Shown here piece by piece: positions 26,001 to 35,015 of a stretch of 59,296 nucleotides of DNA. The stretch is from an uncultured Candidatus Poseidoniales archaeon (GTDB taxonomy: Archaea; Thermoplasmatota; Poseidoniia; Poseidoniales; Thalassarchaeaceae): assembly GCA_964414525.1 (NCBI GenBank), contig CAYPWN010000001.1, positions 1 to 59,296 of the forward strand. Reading direction: 5' to 3'. The notes beneath the pieces are model-generated. The model did not search any database. It had not been told where the DNA came from and saw nothing but the letters and a program-made list of their open reading frames with translations. How positions within the stretch are numbered: position 1 is the first letter of the stretch; each line of letters starts with the position of its first letter. The position numbers were made by a program, and so were the translations under genes.

Positions 26001-26756
26001 CTAACTGTATCCTCCAAGCGAGCAGGAATTCAATTTGAGGAATCCCCTATAACCATTCCAGACAGGCTTCCCATCGAACAATATCGTCCCACTCATGTGG
26101 GGCCCGCTGACAACAATCGTCTCGAACTCCCCCCCTTCTCCATCGAGATTGAACCTGTGGATTTCTGAGAGATTCTTCAATCGTTTTAGCGACTCTTTCT
26201 CTAGTTTCAATCCTATCCATCTTTCGTCCATTCCCTCAGCAGAAACAGATGTGAAAACTACCCCGAAACCATGATTCAGCAGCGATTCCATATGCTGACC
26301 CGATTCTTTGTGCCATATTGGACTGAATGATCGTACTCCAATCCGCTCACACATCAACTCTAACCTAGTCTTCTGGTAGTCCGAACGCAGAGCTCCAGAG
26401 ACCAAACCATCGATTTCCAGTTTTCCAGAATGCAAGGACATTTCGCGGGGCAACTCGAAATGTTTCGGCCAAATTGTCATGAAATCCTCTTCGGGGGAGC
26501 TCTCCCCTCTAATTGCTCGCTCCAAATCGGTGATTTCTTCTTCCTCTATTCCTTTTGAGGCCACAGGGAGCCATGGAATCCCCATTGATGATGCTTGTAT
26601 TCCGGCAACTGGGGTATTTTCTAGCTGGAACATCAACGAGTCTTCTCCCGTCACCCCAACCGTAACAATGCAAACAACATCCCATCCCCGGAGTTGCGAC
26701 CACCAAGCAGCATATGTGGAGTCTTTTCCCCCCGATCCCAGAACTGCAACTCTCAT
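26001..26756 (-). CDS. dph6: Diphthine-ammonia ligase (Dph6/MJ0570-like ATP pyrophosphatase)
   Basis: The N-terminus is MRVAVLGSGGKDSTYAAWW (the SGGKDS PP-loop). It has the roughly 250-aa archaeal single-domain form. Confidence 0.75.
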   Translation of the reverse strand: MRVAVLGSGGKDSTYAAWWSQLRGWDVVCIVTVGVTGEDSLMFQLENTPVAGIQASSMGIPWLPVASKGIEEEEITDLERAIRGESSPEEDFMTIWPKHFELPREMSLHSGKLEIDGLVSGALRSDYQKTRLELMCERIGVRSFSPIWHKESGQHMESLLNHGFGVVFTSVSAEGMDERWIGLKLEKESLKRLKNLSEIHRFNLDGEGGEFETIVVSGPHMSGTILFDGKPVWNGYRGFLKLNSCSLGGYS

Positions 26757-26853
26757 ATTCTCCCCGAACGGTTAACTACCACAATGCCTCTCTGATTGAG
26801 TCTTCCCCCGACCAAGATTGATAAGAGTCCATTCTGGCATGGGCCCGATTGCG

Positions 26854-27564
26854 ATGCAGCCTAGCGGACGAGGTTACGACCACGGGGTCTCAACATTTTC
26901 ACCTGATGGAAGGCTTTACCAGGTCGAGTATGCAAGGGAATCTGTAAAGAGGGGGACTACAACAGTCGGACTCGTTTACAAGGGCGGAGTCGTGCTAATA
27001 GTCGACAAAAGGGTCCAGAGTAAACTGGTCATTACCGATTCCATAGAGAAGATGTATCAGATAGACAACCACATTGGGATTACTACATCGGGCCTTGTCG
27101 CAGATGCTAGGCAACTGGTTGACCGTGCTAGAGTCCAGTGCCAAGTCAATCGAATGACATACGGGGACAAGATCCCAGTCTCAACTCTGGTGAAGAAGAT
27201 GTGCGACTACAAGCAGTCCTTCACACAGTATGGCGGAGCAAGGCCATTCGGCACCGCACTCCTAATCGCTGGATTCGATGACGAGGGCCTTCACCTATTC
27301 GAGACAGACCCCTCCGGAGCATACCAGTCGTACAATGCCGGCGCAATCGGAAGGGGGAGGTCAACCGCAATCGATCACTTCGAGGAAAAGTGGAAGCCAG
27401 GGATGACCCAAAATGCAGCAATTAAACTGGGCCTAGAGGCCCTGAGAGAGTCGTTAGAGGATGATCTCAATCCTGACACCGTGGAAATCGCAAGTGTCGA
27501 TAAGGACGGTTACCGAAAGATGGATCACGAATCCACATTGAAGCACCTCAACAAGATGTCCTGA
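26854..27564 (+). CDS. psmA: Proteasome subunit alpha
   Basis: It begins MQPSGRGYDHGVSTFSPDGRLYQVEYARE. I chose the ATG at 26854. In-frame alternatives are the TTG at 26818 and the ATG at 26839. Confidence 0.95.
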   Translation: MQPSGRGYDHGVSTFSPDGRLYQVEYARESVKRGTTTVGLVYKGGVVLIVDKRVQSKLVITDSIEKMYQIDNHIGITTSGLVADARQLVDRARVQCQVNRMTYGDKIPVSTLVKKMCDYKQSFTQYGGARPFGTALLIAGFDDEGLHLFETDPSGAYQSYNAGAIGRGRSTAIDHFEEKWKPGMTQNAAIKLGLEALRESLEDDLNPDTVEIASVDKDGYRKMDHESTLKHLNKMS

Positions 27565-27602
27565 AACCCCACCATCTAAGCCACACCCCCCCTTGGACAA
27601 GC

Positions 27603-28292
27603 ATGGTCAGCCTAGACGACGCTGTTCTGGCTCGCCTTGAGAAGGGCGGAAAAAGATATGAGATCCTAGTAGACCCAGAATTGGTTGACCAGTGGAAAAT
27701 AGACCCCGATTCTGTTACAATAGATGACCTTCTTGCGACTGAAGAGGTATGGTCGGACGCTCGAGCAGGGGAGAGGCCAACAAGCGAGGCATTGGAGAAT
27801 ATCTTCGGGACTACGGAGATTCACGAGTGCGCATCAAAGATTCTCAGAGATGGGAACATCCAGTTAACCACTATGCAAAGGAGGAAGATGGTAGAAGAAA
27901 AGAAGCGCCAAATCGTAAATGAGATTGCCTCAACTGCCACTGATCCAAAGACCAAGCTCCCACACCCTAGAACCAGGATTGAGAACGCCCTAGACGAGAT
28001 CCGCTTTCCCGTAGACCCTTTCAAATCCACTGAAAGCCAGGTCCAGGACGCTGTTTCGGCCCTCAGACCAGTTATCCCCCTCCAATTCATTACGATAAGA
28101 ATGGCTTTCAAGGTACAAGGCAAGGACTATGGGGGGGTCAGCCAGATGCTTCGCCATTCAATACAGAAAGAAGAGTGGCTAAGCGATGGATCATGGGTTT
28201 GCGTAGTCACTGTTCCGGGGGGGATGAAGAATGACCTAATCGGCAAGGTCGCATCAAGATCCCCGGACGTAGAAGTTAGGGAATTGGACTGA
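27603..28292 (+). CDS. SBDS-family ribosome maturation protein (Sdo1)
   Basis: ARLEKGGKRYEILVDPE is present at the N-terminus. It sits in the conserved position between psmA and rrp4. Confidence 0.9.
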   Translation: MVSLDDAVLARLEKGGKRYEILVDPELVDQWKIDPDSVTIDDLLATEEVWSDARAGERPTSEALENIFGTTEIHECASKILRDGNIQLTTMQRRKMVEEKKRQIVNEIASTATDPKTKLPHPRTRIENALDEIRFPVDPFKSTESQVQDAVSALRPVIPLQFITIRMAFKVQGKDYGGVSQMLRHSIQKEEWLSDGSWVCVVTVPGGMKNDLIGKVASRSPDVEVRELD

Positions 28293-28321
28293 TTCACTTA
28301 ACATCGAATACATCAACGGTT

Positions 28322-29020
28322 ATGAACGGCAGTCCGGTCGCGCGGCTCGATAGTATGAGCGAAAGTAATGGTGCGATAGGGCCGCGTGGCGGTGGACGAG
28401 GGCAAACTCTCGTCGTACCCGGGGAAGATCTGGGTGAATCAGAGGGACTTGATCCCGGGCATGGCGTAATAGTCGTCGATGGAAGGATCAAGGCAGTAAA
28501 GCAAGGAAGAATAAGGAGCAATGGAGGGTCTGTTTCGGTCGAACCAGTACACACCCGGTACATTCCTCGACCTGGGGATCTGGTAATTGGTTACATCGAG
28601 GGATGCACAAACAACCTCTGGTTCGTAGAGTTGGGGGCGCCATTCAATGCGATATTGCCAATGAGTCTTGGCCCGGGAAAGATCGAATTCGGCGGAACGA
28701 GGTCTGTAATGGATATAGGAGACGCGATTATATGCAGAATCCAAGAAGTAGAAGAAACACACTCAAGTGTTGCAACAATGAAGGGCATGGGTCTAAGGAA
28801 GATTCGTTCAGGAGTAATTGAGGAGATTGACCCCCACTTACTCGGACGACTAATCGGGAAGGGCGGAGAATCACTCAGAAGCCTGAAAGAGGATACAGAA
28901 TGCCGAATTGTTGTGGCTGACAATGGCCGGATGTGGATAGATGGGGATTTAGAAGGAATACTGGGAGTCAGGAACCGACTTAGTCAACTATCTGCTAAGC
29001 CATCAGGGGGTGCAAATTGA
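28322..29020 (+). CDS. rrp4: Exosome complex RNA-binding protein Rrp4 (S1 + KH)
   Basis: It has the S1-like PGDLVIGYIEG...W.VELG and the KH-like GRLIGKGGESLRSL. Its stop overlaps the rrp41 start (TGATG). Confidence 0.9.
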   Translation: MNGSPVARLDSMSESNGAIGPRGGGRGQTLVVPGEDLGESEGLDPGHGVIVVDGRIKAVKQGRIRSNGGSVSVEPVHTRYIPRPGDLVIGYIEGCTNNLWFVELGAPFNAILPMSLGPGKIEFGGTRSVMDIGDAIICRIQEVEETHSSVATMKGMGLRKIRSGVIEEIDPHLLGRLIGKGGESLRSLKEDTECRIVVADNGRMWIDGDLEGILGVRNRLSQLSAKPSGGAN

Positions 29021-29739
29021 TGGGCGGATACGGAGACGTTCAGATGATAGACGAAAACGGCGTTAGGGTCGATGGAAGGGGGCCCGGGGACGTAAGGCCA
29101 ATCACAATCGAAACTGGAGTTGTTCCTGTCGCCGACGGATCGTGTAGAATGACTTGGGGGACAAATGAGGCAATTGTAGCGGTTTATGGGCCAATGGAGG
29201 CCCACCCAAGAAAGATACAGAGGCAAGATAGAGCTGTTCTGGACGTTGCATATAACATGGCGCCATTTTCCACTACGGATAGAATGAGGCCCGGCTTCAA
29301 CCGAAGAAGTAGAGAGGTCAGTAAGGTTACCAAGGACGCTCTTGAGAGCGTAGTCCTTCTCGAGCTGTACCCTCGCTCTAAGATTAGAATAAGCATTGAG
29401 ATAATTTCTGCAGAGGCTGGTACGAGATGCGTCGGTCTAACTGCTGCTTCAGTAGCACTTGCCGACGCCGGAATCCCGATGACAGACATGGTCGTCAGCG
29501 TAGCAAGCGGAAAGATCAACGATGTAGTTGTCTGCGACCTAAACAAGGAAGAGGACAACTACGGCGAGGCAGATCTTCCCATGGGAATCCTTCCAAATTC
29601 CGGCGAGTTGGTCTTCTTGCAGATGGACGGTGACCTATCCCAAGAGGAATTCAAGGAAGCATGGCAGTACAATATGGACGCAGCAGAGGAGATTCACAAA
29701 ATGATGGTTGAAGCCCTAAAGGGGGGTGGTTCACAATGA
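29020..29739 (+). CDS. rrp41: Exosome complex exonuclease Rrp41 (RNase PH domain)
   Basis: RVDGRGPGDVRPITIETGVVPVADGS is present. The ATG at 29020 lies just after the TTG at 29017. Confidence 0.95.
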   Translation: MGGYGDVQMIDENGVRVDGRGPGDVRPITIETGVVPVADGSCRMTWGTNEAIVAVYGPMEAHPRKIQRQDRAVLDVAYNMAPFSTTDRMRPGFNRRSREVSKVTKDALESVVLLELYPRSKIRISIEIISAEAGTRCVGLTAASVALADAGIPMTDMVVSVASGKINDVVVCDLNKEEDNYGEADLPMGILPNSGELVFLQMDGDLSQEEFKEAWQYNMDAAEEIHKMMVEALKGGGSQ

Positions 29740-30515
29740 CAATCCCAATTGTCCCCAACCTTCTACGTGCCCATCTTTCCGATCTTGCAGGAGCCGACTC
29801 AAGAATAGACGGAAGAGCTAGATGGGAGGGAAGAGAGCTTGAGGTGGAACACTCCGTTCTTCCCAGAGCAGAGGGTTCAGCCAGAGTCAGAATGGGTGAC
29901 ACGATCGTTTTTGCTGGCGTCAAATTCCAGATTATGCAGCCTTACCCAGACCGCCCAAATCAAGGTGGACTGATGTGTTCGGCAGAGGTCAGACCAGTGG
30001 CTGGAAGACACTGGGAATCCGGACCCCCTAGCCCGGAGTCAATAGAGCTCGGTCGAGTTGTCGACAGAGGAATTAGGGAGTCTGGCTGCATAGACGTCGA
30101 CTCGTTGTGCATTATTCCAGGTGAGAAAGCATGGCAGGTAATCCTAGATTTGTTCGCAATATCGGACGATGGCAACCTATTCGATGCATTTGCTCTAGCC
30201 GCCATCGTAGCACTACGAAATGCAGTAGTTCCGGCAGAGAGATTCGAAGTAGGGGAGGACTACTCACTAGACGTTTCCAAGACGCCCATAATGTGCTCAT
30301 ACCACAAGGTAGGGGGCAGATTCGTGTATGATGCTAGCTCTAGGGAAGAGTTGGGTGGTGATGAGAGAATACACATCACTCTGGGGGACGACGACAACGT
30401 CCATTCCCTTCAGAAGGGTCTAAAGGGAATTTTTACGACGGAGGAATTCGTCGAAATAATGGGAAATGCCCGTGAAAGGACCAAGGATTTGAGGAAATTA
30501 ATAGATTCACTGTAG
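29736..30515 (+). CDS. rrp42: Exosome complex component Rrp42
   Basis: It has an RNase PH-like fold (RIDGRARWEGRELEVE...AEGSARVRMG). It overlaps the rrp41 stop by ATGA. Confidence 0.9.
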   Translation: MTIPIVPNLLRAHLSDLAGADSRIDGRARWEGRELEVEHSVLPRAEGSARVRMGDTIVFAGVKFQIMQPYPDRPNQGGLMCSAEVRPVAGRHWESGPPSPESIELGRVVDRGIRESGCIDVDSLCIIPGEKAWQVILDLFAISDDGNLFDAFALAAIVALRNAVVPAERFEVGEDYSLDVSKTPIMCSYHKVGGRFVYDASSREELGGDERIHITLGDDDNVHSLQKGLKGIFTTEEFVEIMGNARERTKDLRKLIDSL

Positions 30516-30523
30516 GTGTAATT

Positions 30524-30892
30524 ATGGCAAAGAGAACTCAGAAAGCCGGAGCAACCGCTCGATTTGGACCTAGATACGGAGTTAGCGTGAGAAGGCGGGC
30601 AGGCTCGGCAATTGCTAAGAAGTCCAGGAACTACACATGCCCAAGCTGCCATTATGCCAAAGTCAGAAGGAAGGCTGCCGGGATATGGGAATGCAGGAAG
30701 TGCAACCACACATTCTCCGGTGGCGTTTGGGAACCTTACACTAGGGCCAGCGACGCCAATAAGAGGATTGTCAGAAGATCGATGGAAGGCGCTACGGCTA
30801 CAGATATGACTGTAATTGCACAGCAGGCGGCACTTGACTACGAAAGGAAACTTTCTGAGAGAGATTCAGATGAAGGTTCAGAAGAGGAATGA
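30524..30892 (+). CDS. rpl37ae: Ribosomal protein L37Ae (eL43) with an acidic C-terminal extension
   Basis: It begins MAKRTQKAGATARFGPRYG and has the Zn ribbon CPSC...CRKC. The SD-like taGGTGt lies upstream. Confidence 0.95.
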   Translation: MAKRTQKAGATARFGPRYGVSVRRRAGSAIAKKSRNYTCPSCHYAKVRRKAAGIWECRKCNHTFSGGVWEPYTRASDANKRIVRRSMEGATATDMTVIAQQAALDYERKLSERDSDEGSEEE

Positions 30893-31106
30893 GTCGGTGG
30901 AACTCTTACTTTCGTTAGAGCATAGCCAATCGTATGTTCTTTCCTCATCCCTCGTAACGGAGGCCGAATTCAAATGCTCAGGCGAGGAGCTATCCATTTC
31001 TATTTCGTCTGATTCATTCAGAGACTTGAGGGCCCGATGGAACTCTGTTATGAGAGCATTAATTGCCTCTGAGCAATCCCTAGATGCTACTAGAGGGGGT
31101 GCTTAG
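30870..31106 (+). CDS. pcc1: KEOPS complex subunit Pcc1-like
   Basis: It is 78 aa from the ATG at 30870. It shows the pattern ...ELSISISSDSFRDLRARWNSVMRALIASEQSL typical of Pcc1 (A.D..alRA..NS.lR). It overlaps the L37Ae 3' end by 23 nt. Confidence 0.55.
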   Translation: MKVQKRNESVELLLSLEHSQSYVLSSSLVTEAEFKCSGEELSISISSDSFRDLRARWNSVMRALIASEQSLDATRGGA

Positions 31107-31428
31107 AATTAGCGAGAAGGTATCAGCAGAGGAGATACAGTCACTTGCGAGGGACCTGCAACTCTTGAGGAATCAGATACAGACTGTCTCGTCCCAAGCG
31201 TCTGAATATTCGATAACAATAGAAGCACTGGCCAACCAAGACCCCGGCAGGCCAGTTTTCAGATCCCTTGGCAATCTGCTACTAGAGGTGGATGACAGGG
31301 AATCTCTTAAGTCCGAATTGAAAGAGGCGAAGGAATCACTCGATGAGCACCTAAGAAGACTAATCGAAAGAGAAGAGAATCTCAGAGAACAGTACGAGAA
31401 AATGGCGAATCAGTTTGAGATCGGGTGA
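31084..31428 (+). CDS. pfdB: Prefoldin beta subunit
   Basis: It has two coiled-coil arms around RPVFRSLGNLLLEVD. It is 114 aa. It occupies the canonical superoperon position. Confidence 0.85.
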   Translation: MLLEGVLRISEKVSAEEIQSLARDLQLLRNQIQTVSSQASEYSITIEALANQDPGRPVFRSLGNLLLEVDDRESLKSELKEAKESLDEHLRRLIEREENLREQYEKMANQFEIG

Positions 31429-32266
31429 TCCGGTAGTGGAAGACATTCAGGAAGAATCTGATAATATAGTCCTAGACTGCATTCTTTTTAGGAGCCTACT
31501 TTCAGAGGGAAAGACCGAACAAGCCCTAGAAGTCAGCAAGTCCATCCTAGACCAGTCACGGGTTCTGAGCGAAAGACACTACGAAACAGAGGCCTGGATT
31601 AGGATGGAAAGGGCTCTTCTCGGGGCCTGTAAACCGGAAGATGTCGGTTTGGAGCTTCGTTGGTGCGTCGATAGGCTAGCTGCAGTATCTCCCGGTTCAG
31701 CATTTCACGGGCTTTCTTTACTGAACCTGGCAGCGTGGCACTTGAACACTGGAGAGGAAATGATGGCTCTGGTAACGCTATCGGACATTTCATCAAAGGC
31801 GGGCCATCCTAATGACGTCATCGGCCTTTCTAGGCTGGAGTCTGGTAGGATACTGAGCGCCATTGGAGACAATGAGCCTGCAATGCGGCACCTATGGATG
31901 GCAATGAGGCGACTATCTTCCGATGAAATGAATGCAGAAGCAATAGTCTGTGGGATGGAGTGGCTAGACATAGCGCTGGATGATGTTGACAAATCAGCAC
32001 CTCTAATGGATGACAGGATTGCGAATGCCAAGCCAAGAGAAAAACCGGGAATGGTCATTTCTCCCTCCAATCCAGAGGACATAAGGGAAGTAGTGGAACT
32101 CATTCTCTCATCCTCGATGAGCGATCTATCCGGGGAAACCCGGGATGACTTGGGACTTGTTCTTGATGCCAGCGAGATTATTGGCGAGATATCTTGGAGG
32201 GAGTCCATGGAATCAAGAATCAAGGAGATTCAGGACTCAAGACTAATCGATGTACTCCAATCGTGA
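31415..32266 (+). CDS. Hypothetical helical-repeat (TPR-like) protein
   Basis: It is alpha-helical and acidic, with no family recognised. The start is TTG at 31415 or GTG at 31436, overlapping the pfdB end. Confidence 0.45.
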   Translation: MRSGDPVVEDIQEESDNIVLDCILFRSLLSEGKTEQALEVSKSILDQSRVLSERHYETEAWIRMERALLGACKPEDVGLELRWCVDRLAAVSPGSAFHGLSLLNLAAWHLNTGEEMMALVTLSDISSKAGHPNDVIGLSRLESGRILSAIGDNEPAMRHLWMAMRRLSSDEMNAEAIVCGMEWLDIALDDVDKSAPLMDDRIANAKPREKPGMVISPSNPEDIREVVELILSSSMSDLSGETRDDLGLVLDASEIIGEISWRESMESRIKEIQDSRLIDVLQS

Positions 32267-32628
32267 GACCTGATCTTCAGTATCTCGTCTTCTCCCCATG
32301 CTGTATTCTCAGGTGGCTTGAGACACCAGCCAACCTCCTCAATCGACTCGTCCTTAGAATCCCATGGATCGGGGATGGGCTCTTCATCGACTTTAACCAG
32401 AACAACGCAACCCCCGCCGATCAAATTAAGATCTAACGCCTTAGCAATTCCTAATTTTCCAGTTTCCTCGTATAGCTCTCTTAGAGCTGCTTCATCCGGG
32501 CTCTCTCCAACACCGATTCTGCCACCGGGTAGCTCCCAACCCCTCTGAGAATTCCTAACCATCATCCAACACTCCATGTCTTCATTAGTGGGAATTGCCC
32601 AAACAACAACAAATTCTGGGTTAGACAT
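32230..32628 (-). CDS. NUDIX hydrolase
   Basis: The Nudix box GGRIGVGESPDEAALRELYEETG is present. I chose the ATG at 32628. The GTG at 32637 is an alternative. Confidence 0.85.
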   Translation of the reverse strand: MSNPEFVVVWAIPTNEDMECWMMVRNSQRGWELPGGRIGVGESPDEAALRELYEETGKLGIAKALDLNLIGGGCVVLVKVDEEPIPDPWDSKDESIEEVGWCLKPPENTAWGEDEILKIRSHDWSTSISLES

Positions 32629-33598
32629 CCAATTCACCCAGCAATTCGTCTACTAACTCAGCTGCCCCTTCTTCTCCTTCGGCAGCCATCCTTCTAGCAA
32701 GAAAAAAGGCCTCTGAAACTCTCCCGGACTTCCTTAGCCGTAAGACCTCGGAAAAAGGACTATTGTTGACCTGTGTATCGCCTCCCTGTGTAACATTTGT
32801 TGACTCCACGGCCGAGATACTACGTAGGCGTTCGAGGAACTCCGTCCTGTCAGAAATTGGGGGGGCTTTCCACGGAACTCCAATTTTTCCTTCAAATTGC
32901 TGCGACATCCTTTCTCTGAAACTATCCCTAGCAGATGACTCTGGAAAAACCGTCTGTGCTTGGTCGTAGCAGAGCCAAGCCTCGTTGTAATCTCCACGCC
33001 TCTCGTACATCCTACCCAACTCTTGCCAGGCCTCGTGGTTACTTGGTCTGTGAGCAAGCAAGTATCTAGACAACTCGAGAAACATCTCTTCGTGCCCGCC
33101 CCGCCTTACTCTCTCGAGTCTGCGAGAGAATAGGATGTTAGCCCTCTGGTCCGAAACATCTAGACTCTTTAGACGATTTGAGAAATCAACCAATTTTGCC
33201 TCATCTTCGCAAATATAAGACCACCAAGATTCCGCATCCAGGGGGTCTGCACTCATTGCAGCATGAAGCAATTTTTCGTATGAATCAATAATACCCGGTT
33301 CATTCAACTGGGACATCAAGGTAGGATCTCTACCTAACACTGTGAAGAGGTCTTCAAGGACAGCCCTAGCTCCTTCAGAATCCCCCAGCATCACTTTTAT
33401 CTTCATCAGAATTTTCCAATTTTTCTCATTCGTGAAGTCGTAAAGAACACTAAGCCTAGCGTTCTGCTCAGCCCATGATAGATTTGCAGTATCGCTTTCA
33501 GATATCTTCAGAAATTTCTGAGCCTGGCTCCTGTGTCTGTTGCCAAGACTTCTCCTTGGGTGCTGAAGAGTTTCGGAAAGTCCCACTTCTTCGACCAT
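32621..33598 (-). CDS. TPR-repeat hypothetical protein
   Basis: It has TPR-like helices, e.g. HEAWQELGRMYERRGDYNEAWLCYDQAQTVFP. It lies between the UbiD-family gene and the Nudix gene on the same strand. Confidence 0.5.
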   Translation of the reverse strand: MVEEVGLSETLQHPRRSLGNRHRSQAQKFLKISESDTANLSWAEQNARLSVLYDFTNEKNWKILMKIKVMLGDSEGARAVLEDLFTVLGRDPTLMSQLNEPGIIDSYEKLLHAAMSADPLDAESWWSYICEDEAKLVDFSNRLKSLDVSDQRANILFSRRLERVRRGGHEEMFLELSRYLLAHRPSNHEAWQELGRMYERRGDYNEAWLCYDQAQTVFPESSARDSFRERMSQQFEGKIGVPWKAPPISDRTEFLERLRSISAVESTNVTQGGDTQVNNSPFSEVLRLRKSGRVSEAFFLARRMAAEGEEGAAELVDELLGELDV

Positions 33599-33607
33599 AT
33601 GGATTAC

Positions 33608-34909
33608 TCACAGAACTGATTCGAAAGGAGACCTGTCAATACCCGGTTCAATGGTGGCATCAATTCCAATCTTGCTGGTTGTACCATCATCCGATCTGCT
33701 AGGATCAAGGCTTGATCCTTTTTGGCTGGATAGGATAATTGTGTCTTTGTCCGGTTGCCATCTAGTCATGAGGGCCCACTCCACTCTAGACGAATCAGAA
33801 ACGTCAATGTCACTGTCTACAACAATAACTTGCTTCATTGATTTGTGACCTTCGAGAGCGGCCCGAATGGCCTTCTTGCCATCCCCAAGATTTTTCGGAT
33901 TAATCTGCACTACGGAAGAAAGCCAGCCACTACCTCCTTCAGTTAGGTACACGTCAGTGCAATCCACAACCTCTGAGACTGCATTTTTGATGGTCGGTGC
34001 TCTAGGCATCCCCATCAAAGTCATGTGCTCCACCCCGGCAGGAATCAGAGCATGGAAAATCGGAGAGTCCCGATGGTATATTGAATCGTATTCGATTACC
34101 GGCTCAAGCCTAACGTCATCGACAGTGCCAGTGATGTCAACATAGGGGCCCTCTTTGGATGTAGAATTCGTGATCCTCGCCTCCATTACGTATTCAGCAT
34201 CTGCTGGCGCAATCACTCCGTTGGGAAGCTCTACTACATTGAATTGGGAATCATACAGTCGTTCGTGCAGGGCAGCAGCTACCCTTAACTCATCCAGTGG
34301 TTCACTAAAGGACATAGCCCCTGCTAGTAGGACAACGGGGTCCGGACCATTGACTACCGCTATGCTGATTTCGTCATTTGACTCCTGAGCCTCTTCAACC
34401 ATCGTTCTAAGGTGACGGGGCACAATTCTGACGCTTGTCGAATTTTCACTCTTGATTAACTGTCTGTGGAATGATGTGTTTCTCAGACCCCCGTGCTGGG
34501 CAATTATGATCGATGCGGACTGGTATCTGCCACCATCCTCACGGTAGTGCCATGGAATAGGGAGTGACTTGATGTTGACCTCAGCCATCTTGTTTTGCAT
34601 CGCGGGGGAATCAGAAATATCAACTAAAGAAGGCTCAGACGGGTTCTCCATAGCCCAAGCGAGGATGTCTATCAACTCCCCGGGGTCAACTCCGAATGCG
34701 TCACAGAGCCTACTCCTAGTCAGGATGTTGATTGCTACTCTGTGACCGGGGCACTCCTTTATTTCATTGAATAGCATTGGCTCATTTCCGCTTGAAACGG
34801 ACAAATCCCTAATTTCGAAATTTGTACTGACTGGCCCATCGATTATCCGGCTGCCTTCAATGAGATTTCTGAATCCCATGCCCCGTTCCGGCGTACTAAT
34901 CCGCTTCAA
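33608..34909 (-). CDS. UbiD-family (prenylated-FMN dependent) decarboxylase
   Basis: The UbiD-like layout and length (about 423-433 aa) are present. The start is TTG at 34909 or ATG at 34879. The substrate is unresolved (see findings). Confidence 0.8.
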   Translation of the reverse strand: MKRISTPERGMGFRNLIEGSRIIDGPVSTNFEIRDLSVSSGNEPMLFNEIKECPGHRVAINILTRSRLCDAFGVDPGELIDILAWAMENPSEPSLVDISDSPAMQNKMAEVNIKSLPIPWHYREDGGRYQSASIIIAQHGGLRNTSFHRQLIKSENSTSVRIVPRHLRTMVEEAQESNDEISIAVVNGPDPVVLLAGAMSFSEPLDELRVAAALHERLYDSQFNVVELPNGVIAPADAEYVMEARITNSTSKEGPYVDITGTVDDVRLEPVIEYDSIYHRDSPIFHALIPAGVEHMTLMGMPRAPTIKNAVSEVVDCTDVYLTEGGSGWLSSVVQINPKNLGDGKKAIRAALEGHKSMKQVIVVDSDIDVSDSSRVEWALMTRWQPDKDTIILSSQKGSSLDPSRSDDGTTSKIGIDATIEPGIDRSPFESVL

Positions 34910-35004
34910 TGTTGGCTCGCAATACCGTTCATGGACCCAAAACTAATCTGGTTACTCCCCCGTCAGTCTCATAAACGGGCGGCAGGTCGCCGAGCCGTCA
35001 TTTT

Positions 35005-35010
35005 GAGGTG
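35005..35010 (+). promoter_or_regulatory. Shine-Dalgarno-like site (GAGGTG) for rps12
   Basis: GAGGTG lies 5 nt upstream of the TTG at 35016. It is complementary to the usual archaeal 16S 3' end (..AUCACCUCC). It supports the TTG start. Confidence 0.45.
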
Positions 35011-35015
35011 TATGC

